Source: an uncultured Candidatus Saccharibacteria bacterium (lineage in GTDB: Bacteria > Patescibacteriota > Minisyncoccia > Portnoybacterales > UBA2143). From it: 64,000 nucleotides of DNA. The first letter of the stretch is position 1. The number at the start of each line of letters is the position of its first letter. The DNA lies in assembly GCA_964413015.1 (NCBI GenBank), contig CAYPQZ010000008.1:111626-175625 (forward strand), in the 5' to 3' direction. The notes under the pieces were generated by a model. That model was not told the origin of the DNA. It made no database searches and worked only from the letters and a program-made list of their open reading frames with translations. Positions 8,081-15,923 of the stretch are shown here, in pieces. The translations under genes and the position numbers were made by a program.

Positions 8081-8323
8081 TTATAATTCTAACTTCTTTT
8101 TTAATTGTCTTCTACCTTGAGATTTTTTATAAAAATTTTCTGTTTTTTGAGCTAATGTTTTTGTCTGGTATGCTTCGTAATAAATTAAATCCCATGGCCT
8201 GAAATTTCTTGTAGATTTTACTTTTCCGAAATTGTGTTCTTTAAGTCTTTTTTCTAGATTACTGGTGCTTCCTCTATACAATTTATTATTTTTTTGGTTT
8301 TTTAGAAGATAAAAATAATACAT
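8081..8323 (-). CDS. GIY-YIG nuclease family protein (YhbQ-like, stand-alone)
   Basis: 80 aa; YYFYLLKNQKNNKLYRGSTSNLEKRLKEH matches the GIY-YIG core (Y..Y....YxG...L..R...H). Ends 2 bp before the tRNA-Ser 5' end. Confidence 0.7.
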   Translation of the reverse strand: MYYFYLLKNQKNNKLYRGSTSNLEKRLKEHNFGKVKSTRNFRPWDLIYYEAYQTKTLAQKTENFYKKSQGRRQLKKKLEL

Positions 8324-8399
8324 GGTTTTTCCGCGACGTCTCCGCTTACGCGGAGCGCGCGGACCCGCTCACTTTGACTTTAGTCAAAGATGAAGCGGG

Positions 8400-8435
8400 C
8401 GAGACCGTCCCTTTCGTCCGCTCAGGCACCTCTCC
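8400..8435 (-). pseudogene. duplicated 5' half (nt 1-35) of tRNA-Ser(CGA)
   Basis: 36/36 identity with 8043-8078 (CGAGACCGTCCCTTTCGTCCGCTCAGGCACCTCTCC). The copy stops inside the anticodon. Two hairpins (8324-8396) follow it. Confidence 0.8.
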
Positions 8436-8452
8436 ATATGTATTTTTTGTTT

Positions 8453-8529
8453 TGGTGGGCGGTGAGGGATTCGAACCCCCGACCTTCTGGGTGTAGACCA
8501 GACGCTCTAACCAGCTGAGCTAACCGCCC
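8453..8529 (-). tRNA. tRNA-Val (TAC), unusual C33
   Basis: Acceptor GGGCGGT/ACCGCCC, anticodon stem TCTGG/CCAGA, loop UC-TAC-AC, CCA encoded. Confidence 0.7.
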
Positions 8530-8650
8530 TTACGAATTTTCTTCAAATTTGTAATTTGGCGAGAAGATTCAACATCCACTTCTGGCGGATAATATCATTA
8601 TCATACCGCTAATCTTTTGAAAAATCCAGTTTTCTTGCTATAATCTGGTT

Positions 8651-10036
8651 ATGTTCGGATTTTTGAGAAAGAAATATTTTGCCCGGCCTTTATCACAGGA
8701 TGCGGGAAGAAGCGACTTTGATCAGACTATAAAGATAGAAAAGAATTTTTGGGACCAGGTTAAAAAAGTTCACTTTATTGGGATCGGTGGAATCGGAGTG
8801 TCAGCGTTGGCCCAAATGGCTCTTTTGCTGGATAAGCAGGTAGTTGGGTCTGATTTATCGTTCGGGCCGGCCTTAAAGAAAATTAAAAAATTAGGCGGTC
8901 AAATTTTTATTGGCCATAGAGAATCGAATCTTAATAAAGACGCAGATATTGTTATTTATTCGCCTGCTGTTAAAAATGACAACTCTGAGTTAATTTTAGC
9001 GAGGAAATTGAATATTCCCGCTTACTCTTATCCTCAAGCGCTGGGCTTAATCTCAAAAGGTAAATACATGCTGGCGGTTTCCGGCGCTCACGGGAAAACT
9101 ACCACTACGGCCATGCTGGCTGAAATTATGATTGCCGAAAAAAAAGAACCTACGGTAGTAATTGGTTCTTTTTTAAACAAACAAAAAGGCAATTTTATTT
9201 TAGGCAAAAGCAAATACTTCATTGTTGAGGCCTGTGAATATCAAGAATCCTTTCTTAATCTTGAACCGGATGTTTTAATAATTACCAATATTGACAACGA
9301 CCATCTTGATTATTACGGGACAATTAAAAAAATTCAGAAGGCCTTTGCTAAATTAATTTCAAAGGTTCCTCGAGATGGATTTGTAGTTTGTAATCCTAAT
9401 GACGAAAAAGTTAAATCGGCCTTATCAATGGCCGACTGCAAAGCAAAAATAGTTGATTATTCAAAAGAAATATCGAATATTGAACTACTGGTTCCTGGCC
9501 GGCATAATATTCTGAATGCCCAAGCCGCTTTGGCGGCGGTTAAAGCAACGGGCGTTAAAGAAGAAAAAGCGCTAGGAGCGCTTAAAAAGTTTTCCGGGAC
9601 TTGGCGCCGTTTTGAATACAAAGGCAAAACTAAAAAAGGCGCTTTGGTTTATGATGATTACGCACATCACCCAACGGAAGTCAAAGCAACTTTAAAAACA
9701 GTTAGAGAAAAATTTCCCGATAAAGAAATTACGGTTGTTTTCCAGCCGCATTTATATTCCAGAACCAAATTTTTATTAGGTGATTTTGCTAAAAGTTTTA
9801 ATCAGGCTGACCGGGCAATTATTACTGACATTTACGCGGCTCGAGAAAAAGACGACGGAAGCATTCACGCTAGAGACTTAGCCGAAGGAATCAGTAAATT
9901 TAATGAGCGTGTTAGATATGTGTCAAGTTTTTCAGAGGTAAAAGAATATTTGAAAAACAAGTTGGGCAAAAACGGCGTTATTATCACTATGGGCGCCGGA
10001 GATGTTTACGAAATCGGCGAGGCGTTAATAAAATAA
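8651..10036 (+). CDS. murC: UDP-N-acetylmuramate--L-alanine ligase
   Basis: HFIGIGGIGVSALA N-terminal motif and GAHGKTTTTAM P-loop; Mur ligase architecture. TTGAAA-16-TATAAT promoter ends 8 nt before the ATG, so the mRNA is probably leaderless. Confidence 0.75.
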   Translation: MFGFLRKKYFARPLSQDAGRSDFDQTIKIEKNFWDQVKKVHFIGIGGIGVSALAQMALLLDKQVVGSDLSFGPALKKIKKLGGQIFIGHRESNLNKDADIVIYSPAVKNDNSELILARKLNIPAYSYPQALGLISKGKYMLAVSGAHGKTTTTAMLAEIMIAEKKEPTVVIGSFLNKQKGNFILGKSKYFIVEACEYQESFLNLEPDVLIITNIDNDHLDYYGTIKKIQKAFAKLISKVPRDGFVVCNPNDEKVKSALSMADCKAKIVDYSKEISNIELLVPGRHNILNAQAALAAVKATGVKEEKALGALKKFSGTWRRFEYKGKTKKGALVYDDYAHHPTEVKATLKTVREKFPDKEITVVFQPHLYSRTKFLLGDFAKSFNQADRAIITDIYAAREKDDGSIHARDLAEGISKFNERVRYVSSFSEVKEYLKNKLGKNGVIITMGAGDVYEIGEALIK

Positions 10037-10055
10037 ATAAAGTGGAAATCAAAAA

Positions 10056-10085
10056 AGGCATCCGAATGGATGCCTTTTTATTATG
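10056..10085 (+). terminator. intrinsic terminator
   Basis: AAAGGCATCCGAATGGATGCCTTTTT. Confidence 0.7.
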
Positions 10086-10121
10086 TTTTTGGGAAGAAGT
10101 ATTATTAAAGATTTGGTTTAG

Positions 10122-10204
10122 TGCCCAGGGCGGGACTCGAACCCGCACGTCCCGAAAGACATAGCTCCTCAAGCTACCGCGTATGCCAATTCCGCCACCT
10201 GGGC
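10122..10204 (-). tRNA. tRNA-Leu (GAG)
   Basis: Acceptor GCCCAGG/CCTGGGC, anticodon loop UU-GAG-GA, long variable arm. Confidence 0.8.
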
Positions 10205-10214
10205 TTTATTCCCT

Positions 10215-10589
10215 TTATTGCTTTTTAGTTTCAGTTTTTTGTTTAGGGGTGATTTCCTTAAGTCGAGCCTGTTTGGCTGATTTGTCTCGGATATAATAAA
10301 GTTTGGCTCGGCGGACTTTGTATTTTTTTACTACTTCTATATTTTCAATAAAAGGCGCGTGGATAGGGAAAATTCTTTCCACTCCGACTCCGGAAGCGAC
10401 TCTCCGAACAGTAATAGTCGCGTTAATTCCTTTGCCGTGTTTGCGAGCAATAACCAATCCTTCAAAGGATTGGATTCTTTGTTTGTCTTTTTCCTTTATC
10501 TTCTGATGAACCTTAACAACATAACCCGGCCTGATTTCAGGCAGGTCCTTTTTTAATTGTTTCTTATTAAATGAATCAAGTTTGTTCAT
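10215..10589 (-). CDS. rplS: 50S ribosomal protein L19
   Basis: 124 aa; the FEGLVIARKHGKGINATITVRR region is typical of L19. Confidence 0.85.
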   Translation of the reverse strand: MNKLDSFNKKQLKKDLPEIRPGYVVKVHQKIKEKDKQRIQSFEGLVIARKHGKGINATITVRRVASGVGVERIFPIHAPFIENIEVVKKYKVRRAKLYYIRDKSAKQARLKEITPKQKTETKKQ

Positions 10590-11263
10590 AATTCTTGAAG
10601 AATATTTTTTAATTCCTCTGGCAAATCCGATTTAAGCTCCATTATCTTACCATCAGGCGATTTAAATTTCAAGTAAGCGGCGTGGAGAAACTGCCTTTTT
10701 AAGCTATCCGGTTGCGGTTGCCTTTTAAATTTATATTGCTGGTCGCCGGCGATTGGATGGCCGATAGAAGCTAAATGGACTCTAATTTGATGAGTCCGGC
10801 CGGTTCTAATCTGAACTTCCAGCAGGGTATAGTCGGAAAATCTTTTTATAACCTTATATTCAGTCCAGGCCGGTTTAGCTTTTTCGTCTAACAAGACGCT
10901 TCTTTTTTTATAGTCTTTTTTAGAAAAGCTGATTGATTTGGTAATGGTTCCTTTTCCATCTTTCACTTGTCCGTGAACCAGAGCCAAGTATTTTTTTGTT
11001 ATTTTTCTTCCTTGAAACTGTTTTTTTAAATAATTGAAGGCGGAATTGTTTTTAGCTATAATCATTAAGCCGGAGGTATCTTTGTCTAAACGGTGGACAA
11101 TTCCCGGCCGCAAAGGGTCATCGCCGACATTTTTAATTTCCGGATAATAATCAAGCAGCCAATCAATCAAAGTATTTTTTTGACCTGCTTTAAGCGGATG
11201 AACCAATAAGCCAGCTGACTTATCAATAATCAGCTGGTCCTTGTCTTCAAAGATAATTTTCAT
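10586..11263 (-). CDS. RluA-family pseudouridine synthase
   Basis: HRLDKDTSGLMIIAKN catalytic motif. Start moved to MKIIFEDKD (ATG 11261-11263); the longer ORF-track N-terminus lies in a GC-rich, probably non-coding region. Confidence 0.7.
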   Translation of the reverse strand: MKIIFEDKDQLIIDKSAGLLVHPLKAGQKNTLIDWLLDYYPEIKNVGDDPLRPGIVHRLDKDTSGLMIIAKNNSAFNYLKKQFQGRKITKKYLALVHGQVKDGKGTITKSISFSKKDYKKRSVLLDEKAKPAWTEYKVIKRFSDYTLLEVQIRTGRTHQIRVHLASIGHPIAGDQQYKFKRQPQPDSLKRQFLHAAYLKFKSPDGKIMELKSDLPEELKNILQEL

Positions 11264-11524
11264 GTATATAGTTATTAATTTTAATGTACGGCGGCTCATC
11301 CGAAGTTTTTGGAGGCAAGTATTCTTGCTGACAAAAATTTTGGATAGCCGACTGTTGTGCGATGTGTCGCGTACCCGCGACCGAGCCAACAGACGGCGGA
11401 GCCGCCGCACATTGTACAAAAGGAAGTTACTGTGACATTTTGCGCAACATCAGGGTTATACAAGGGTGAGCGACCGCAAGGAGCGAAAGCGCAGCGTCCC
11501 CTTTAGCGTTGCCCGTAGTCCGCG
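11264..11524. ncRNA. candidate structured ncRNA (unclassified)
   Basis: About 260 bp with GC far above the local background, nested inverted repeats (GCCGACTGTTG...CAACAGACGGC; GTCGCGTACCCGCGAC; GGCGGAGCCGCC), and no credible ORF. Confidence 0.3.
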
Positions 11525-11875
11525 TTACTTTTTAGTCAAATTATTTTCAGGATTTTTATGATTATACTTCGCAAGAATTTCGGTCTTGACTAAATTGAAA
11601 GCTTCTTCAATATCCACACCAAGTTGATTGGCAAGACGACAAATTCCGAAAAACAAATCACCTACACCATCAACAAAAATTGCTTTATTTTCTTCCACAA
11701 ATTTTTTGCGTTCTTCTTCTGACTTATATCTCAAATGTTGAGACATTTCAATAAGTTCTTCATGTAAATGGTCAAACTTATCAACATTTGGAACATCTTT
11801 CCAATTATTTCGCTCAGCAAAAAATTTGAGCAATTTTTGAGCATCTTTTATTGTTGTGATTTGTTTTTCTTCCAT
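11525..11875 (-). CDS. MazG-like nucleotide pyrophosphohydrolase domain protein
   Basis: 116 aa with HEELIEMSQ...EEERKKFVEE...GDLFF helical EExxE-type motifs. Confidence 0.55.
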   Translation of the reverse strand: MEEKQITTIKDAQKLLKFFAERNNWKDVPNVDKFDHLHEELIEMSQHLRYKSEEERKKFVEENKAIFVDGVGDLFFGICRLANQLGVDIEEAFNLVKTEILAKYNHKNPENNLTKK

Positions 11876-12071
11876 ATGATTAAATAAAAATCCTGAACTT
11901 TATAAATTAATTGATTAAACGAACGGAGGGCAATGTCGTATAACTCGCTTTTATGCGAATTGAATAAGTAATATCAACATTTTATTGTATATTATACGAA
12001 CTTAATGTATGATTATAGCAAACTTACTAATAATCATTTACTAAATTTAGTTTAGCAACCTCCACAAAATT

Positions 12072-12884
12072 ATGCAAGAATATTTAGAGAAAGCAAAACA
12101 GGAATTAAGACTAAGAAATTACAGTTTTAAAACTATGAAAGCTTATCTGATTTGCTTGAGAGAGTATTTTAACTTTCAAAAAATAGATTTAGAGAGAATA
12201 GATGAAGAGAATATAAAAGAATTTTTACTGAATAAACAAAGTAAAAATTATTCTTCGCAAACAATTAATCTTTATCTAAGTGCAATAAAATTTTTCTACT
12301 ACAAAGTATTGAAAATTCCTCAGAAGATAAATTTAAAATTCGCCAAACGAAATAAAAAACTGCCGATTGTTCTATCAAGAGAAGAAATTAAAAACGTCAT
12401 TGACGTAATCAGAAATCCAAAACATAAATTAATAATCTCTTTGGCTTACGGCGCCGGATTAAGAATTAGCGAGGTCGTCAATTTAAAAGTAAAAGATATC
12501 AATTTAGAAGAATTAACTATTTATCTTAAAAACGCCAAAGGGAAAAAAGACAGAATTACTATTTTCCCAGAGAAAATCAAAAATAATCTTCAAAACTTAA
12601 TCGCTGATAAAAATTTAAACGACTATCTTTTTGAAAGTGAACGAGGCGGAAAATTAACTGAACGGACAACTCAAAAAGTTTTTAAAAACGCGCTCCGAGG
12701 AGCCGGTATTAAAAAAGACGCTACTTTTCATTCATTAAGACACAGCTTTGCGACGCATTTATTAGAGAATGGCGTTGATGTCAGATATGTGCAAGAACTT
12801 TTAGGTCATCAAAATATCAGAACAACCCAAATTTATACTCAAGTAACAAATCCAAAACTTAAAAATATTAAAAGCCCATTATGA
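12072..12884 (+). CDS. tyrosine site-specific recombinase (XerC/XerD/integrase family)
   Basis: C-terminal HSLRHSFATHLLENGVDVRYVQELLGHQNIRTTQIYTQV with the R..H.R..Y catalytic constellation. Lies about 200 bp from tRNA-Ala. Confidence 0.8.
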   Translation: MQEYLEKAKQELRLRNYSFKTMKAYLICLREYFNFQKIDLERIDEENIKEFLLNKQSKNYSSQTINLYLSAIKFFYYKVLKIPQKINLKFAKRNKKLPIVLSREEIKNVIDVIRNPKHKLIISLAYGAGLRISEVVNLKVKDINLEELTIYLKNAKGKKDRITIFPEKIKNNLQNLIADKNLNDYLFESERGGKLTERTTQKVFKNALRGAGIKKDATFHSLRHSFATHLLENGVDVRYVQELLGHQNIRTTQIYTQVTNPKLKNIKSPL

Positions 12885-13089
12885 TAAGTAAATTACAAGG
12901 TTACTTAGATGGTTTATAAAGACGGTACAAAAGATGTTGTAAAAAGTTTCAGCGAGCGGGTAAAAATTGGAGGGGTTCAAGGGGAGGAAAATTTTTGCCC
13001 GCGAGCCGTTAGCAAAATTGCAAAGAAATTTTGCGTCAATCAATCGGCGCCAGGATTTTGCTTAAAAGAGGTTCTGACATCGTTCAATA

Positions 13090-13166
13090 TGGTGGACCGT
13101 GGGAGATTCGAACTCCCGACCTCCGCATTGCAAATGCGGCGTTCTAGCCAACTGAACTAACGGCCC
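13090..13166 (-). tRNA. tRNA-Ala (TGC)
   Basis: Acceptor GGGCCGT with G3:U70, anticodon loop UU-TGC-AA, CCA encoded. Confidence 0.85.
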
Positions 13167-13276
13167 TTCATCTGATTAGGATACAATTTTCGCAGAGCGA
13201 AAATTTTTTGTTTCAACGGAGCTATTGACTATAGTATAACAGATTTTGACTTAAGAAGCAAGGAACGCTTGACAGG

Positions 13277-13293
13277 ATACCCCTCGGGGGTAT
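13277..13293 (+). promoter_or_regulatory. CsoR-type operator palindrome inside promoter
   Basis: ATACCCCTCGGGGGTAT, a perfect 8-1-8 palindrome, lies between TTGACA (13269-13274) and TATATT (-10). Confidence 0.6.
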
Positions 13294-13304
13294 ATATTAA
13301 AAAA

Positions 13305-13553
13305 ATGAAAAACAAAAAATTAATCAGACGCCTGAATATTGTTAAGGGCCAGATTGACGGACTGGCAAGAATTATGGAAAATGAAGAGGACTGCAGCAAG
13401 GTTTCAGAACAGTTTTACGCGATTAACAGCGCCTTAAAAAAAGTAATGGAGATATATTTTAAAGAGAATTTAACTTCTTGCTTAAGGTCGGTCAATTTAA
13501 AGAAGAAAAGAACAATTGACTTCTTGTTAAAAGAAATAATTAAAAATAAATAA
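13305..13553 (+). CDS. CsoR/RcnR-family (DUF156) metal/thiol-sensing transcriptional repressor
   Basis: LIRRLNIVKGQIDGLARIMENEEDCSKV...AINSALKKV is typical of the family. The sensing positions read x-C-L-C (His replaced by Leu). Confidence 0.7.
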   Translation: MKNKKLIRRLNIVKGQIDGLARIMENEEDCSKVSEQFYAINSALKKVMEIYFKENLTSCLRSVNLKKKRTIDFLLKEIIKNK

Positions 13554-13557
13554 ATCA

Positions 13558-14268
13558 ATGCTAGAATTAACCGATGAAAATTTTGAAGAAGCCATAAAAA
13601 AAGCGGACAAGCCGCTTTTAGTCGACTTTTGGGCTACCTGGTGCAGCCCTTGCCTGATTCTTTCACCGATTCTGGAGAAAATAGCCCAGGATTACAAATC
13701 AAAAATAGAAATAGCGAAAGTTAATGTTGATTCCGCCCCGACGGTCTCGCAGAAATTTGAAATACAGAATATCCCAACTGTGATTCTTTTTAACCAAACC
13801 GAACCGGTTGACGGTTTTGTCGGTGTCCGGCCGGAATCGCTGATTAAGGAATGGCTGGATAAAATTTTAGAAACGGTCGGTCAAGAGCAAGAACTAAAAA
13901 ACGGTGTGGAAACAGAGGAAAACAAAGAAGGAAGAAAGGAGGATCAGGTAAAATCCAAAAAGATGGAATCAAAAAAGGGAAAAAGCGAACCACAAGAAGA
14001 CGACGAGAGAAAAATCAGTCGGACAATCAAGTGGTATGAGGAATACGCTCAAAAGAATGGTTTAAAGCTGAATTCGGATGAGGAAATGGTCCGCGGCTTA
14101 ATTAAGGGGCTTTTAAAAAATGAAGACAAGCACGGAGCAAGATATTGCCCTTGCCGGAGAATTGCCGGAGACATTGAGGAAGACCGGCCCAAAATTTGTC
14201 CCTGTCAATGGCATCGGGAAGAAATTAAAAAAGATGGCCGCTGTTTTTGCGGACTTTTTGTAAAATGA
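13558..14268 (+). CDS. thioredoxin fused to a ferredoxin:thioredoxin-reductase catalytic-subunit-like domain
   Basis: N-terminal WCSPC thioredoxin, Lys/Glu-rich linker, C-terminal CPCRR...CPCQWHRE...GRCFCGLF (FTR beta CPC/CHC signature). Confidence 0.65.
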   Translation: MLELTDENFEEAIKKADKPLLVDFWATWCSPCLILSPILEKIAQDYKSKIEIAKVNVDSAPTVSQKFEIQNIPTVILFNQTEPVDGFVGVRPESLIKEWLDKILETVGQEQELKNGVETEENKEGRKEDQVKSKKMESKKGKSEPQEDDERKISRTIKWYEEYAQKNGLKLNSDEEMVRGLIKGLLKNEDKHGARYCPCRRIAGDIEEDRPKICPCQWHREEIKKDGRCFCGLFVK

Positions 14269-14774
14269 ATTTAATTTTTTCTTTTATCGTATCTTTAGTT
14301 TTTTATCTAGCATTGACTTTTGGCTCGGGGAGTATCTTATATTGGAGCAGAGAAGAGATTGTCTTAGGGGTCATTTTATCTGCTTTAACCGGAATAATAG
14401 CCCAGCGAATTTTTAAACCGCTCAAAATCGGGATAAGCCCGAAACTGTTAAATCCTTTAAGGTGGGTTTTATTTTTAGTATATCTGTTCGTCCCTTTCTT
14501 AATTAGCGTTGTCAAAGCCAATTTAGAAGTTGCTTACCGGATTATCACCAATCGAATAAAACCGGGCATTGTTAAAATATCGCCTGACCTGAAGACTGAT
14601 TTAGGTTTAACTTTGCTGGCTAATTCCATCACTCTGACGCCCGGGACATTGTCGGTCGATTTAGACCAAGAGAAAAATCTTTACGTTCATTGCCTCTGGG
14701 TTAAAGATAAAAAGCCCGGCGCCAAGCCATTGGCTTTTAAAGCCGCCAAGTGGATTAAAATAATCACTGAATAG
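14265..14774 (+). CDS. Mrp/Mnh antiporter subunit E-like (MbhA-like)
   Basis: ANSITLTPGTLSVD...LYVHCL MnhE signature. ATGA start/stop overlap with the upstream gene. Confidence 0.65.
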   Translation: MNLIFSFIVSLVFYLALTFGSGSILYWSREEIVLGVILSALTGIIAQRIFKPLKIGISPKLLNPLRWVLFLVYLFVPFLISVVKANLEVAYRIITNRIKPGIVKISPDLKTDLGLTLLANSITLTPGTLSVDLDQEKNLYVHCLWVKDKKPGAKPLAFKAAKWIKIITE

Positions 14775-14779
14775 TTTCA

Positions 14780-15019
14780 ATGTGGCAAATAATCGCTTTA
14801 ATCATTTCTGTTTTTATTATTATCGTCTTGATGAGAATTTCCCTAGTCAGGACGATTTTTGACAAATTGGTTATTCTAGACGTGGCTAACACTTTAGTTA
14901 TCACTTTACTGATAACGTTGGCAATTGCCTGGCAAGAGTTTTTTTTAATTGACGTGGCCATTGTTTACGCTTTTCTTTCTTTTGTAGGCTTAATCTATTT
15001 TGTTAAATACGTCCGATAA
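14780..15019 (+). CDS. Mrp subunit F-like small membrane protein
   Basis: 79 aa, 3 TM helices, follows the mrpE-like gene. Confidence 0.5.
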   Translation: MWQIIALIISVFIIIVLMRISLVRTIFDKLVILDVANTLVITLLITLAIAWQEFFLIDVAIVYAFLSFVGLIYFVKYVR

Positions 15020-15027
15020 AAACGCCT

Positions 15028-15354
15028 ATGTTTTTATTTTATTTCTTTATTGCCGTCAGTTTGATTTTTTTCGCCTTAAGTATTTTAGGCCTGTTCCGGC
15101 TACCCGATGTTTATACCAGATTGCATTGTTCCAGCTTGGCACTGACTTTTGGTTTTGTTTTTTTTGTTCTGTCTGTGGTGACTTATTTTTCAGCTGCGGT
15201 CGAAAGCAACTTTTCAGCGATTGTCCGCGTTTTTTTAGTCGCTTTAATTGTTCTGTTAGTCGGTCCGGTTTTATCGCACGCCATCGCCAAGGCCTCATAC
15301 GAAAGCGGAGCCAAGCCGCAAAAAGCGGAGAAAGGCAAATTTAACCAATTTTAA
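15028..15354 (+). CDS. Mrp subunit G-like
   Basis: RLPDVYTRLHCSS motif typical of MnhG. Confidence 0.6.
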   Translation: MFLFYFFIAVSLIFFALSILGLFRLPDVYTRLHCSSLALTFGFVFFVLSVVTYFSAAVESNFSAIVRVFLVALIVLLVGPVLSHAIAKASYESGAKPQKAEKGKFNQF

Positions 15355-15358
15355 TCAA

Positions 15359-15613
15359 ATGGTTTTCCCCTGGGAACAAATTATTCAGTTTTTAATTTTA
15401 AGCGCTATGGTTTTGTCGGCCTTTTTAGCGCTGAAAAGCAGAAATCTGTTCGCTTCAATCGCTTATTTGGCGGCGATGAGCTTAATGCTGGCCGCGGAAT
15501 TTTATTTACTGCGGGCGCCGGATGTGGCTATGGCCGAAGCGGCCGTAGGAGCGGGTTTGTCTTCGGCTATCTATCTGGCGGCTGTTTACCGCCTTAAACA
15601 GCTTAAAAAATAA
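15359..15613 (+). CDS. DUF4040/MbhD-like membrane subunit
   Basis: 84 aa hydrophobic; position and size as for MbhD. Confidence 0.4.
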   Translation: MVFPWEQIIQFLILSAMVLSAFLALKSRNLFASIAYLAAMSLMLAAEFYLLRAPDVAMAEAAVGAGLSSAIYLAAVYRLKQLKK

Positions 15614-15617
15614 TCTT

Positions 15618-15920
15618 ATGTTTGAGAAAAGCAGAAAATATAATTTTCAGAAAACCAAAATAACTGCTTTGGTGATTTTATTTATTTTTCTGCTCTTCAT
15701 TTTGTGGTCTCTTCATCCTTGCGGGCAGCCAAAAGCAACCAAGATGGATGACTATTTTCTCCGAAATGCTCAAGAGCAGACTGGCAGCAACAATGTTGTT
15801 ACCAGTATCATTTTTGATTATCGTGGACTAGATACTTTAGGCGAAGCGACTGTTTTATTCGCGGCTGCTATGGGAGTATTTTTTGTTTTTAATCCTAAGA
15901 AAAAATTGCCGTTAGATTGA
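15618..15920 (+). CDS. MnhB-related N-terminal domain protein (MbhE-like)
   Basis: VVTSIIFDYRGLDTLGE signature. Confidence 0.55.
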   Translation: MFEKSRKYNFQKTKITALVILFIFLLFILWSLHPCGQPKATKMDDYFLRNAQEQTGSNNVVTSIIFDYRGLDTLGEATVLFAAAMGVFFVFNPKKKLPLD

Positions 15921-15923
15921 ACT

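Noticed and set aside
8324-8440. Possibility that the tRNA-Ser 5' duplicate plus hairpins is a second intact tRNA or a group I intron
   Set aside because: No T-arm or 3' acceptor strand follows the duplicate, and 70 nt is far too short for a group I or group II intron core. It is kept as a fragment and discussed in the findings.
11241-11435. 64-aa plus ORF and the N-terminal 52 codons of the long RluA ORF
   Set aside because: They lie in the GC-rich structured region interpreted as non-coding. The RluA homology begins at the internal Met.
12909-13160. 83-aa plus-strand ORF
   Set aside because: Its 3' third overlaps the minus-strand tRNA-Ala(TGC). It has no RBS and no recognisable domain, so it is likely spurious.
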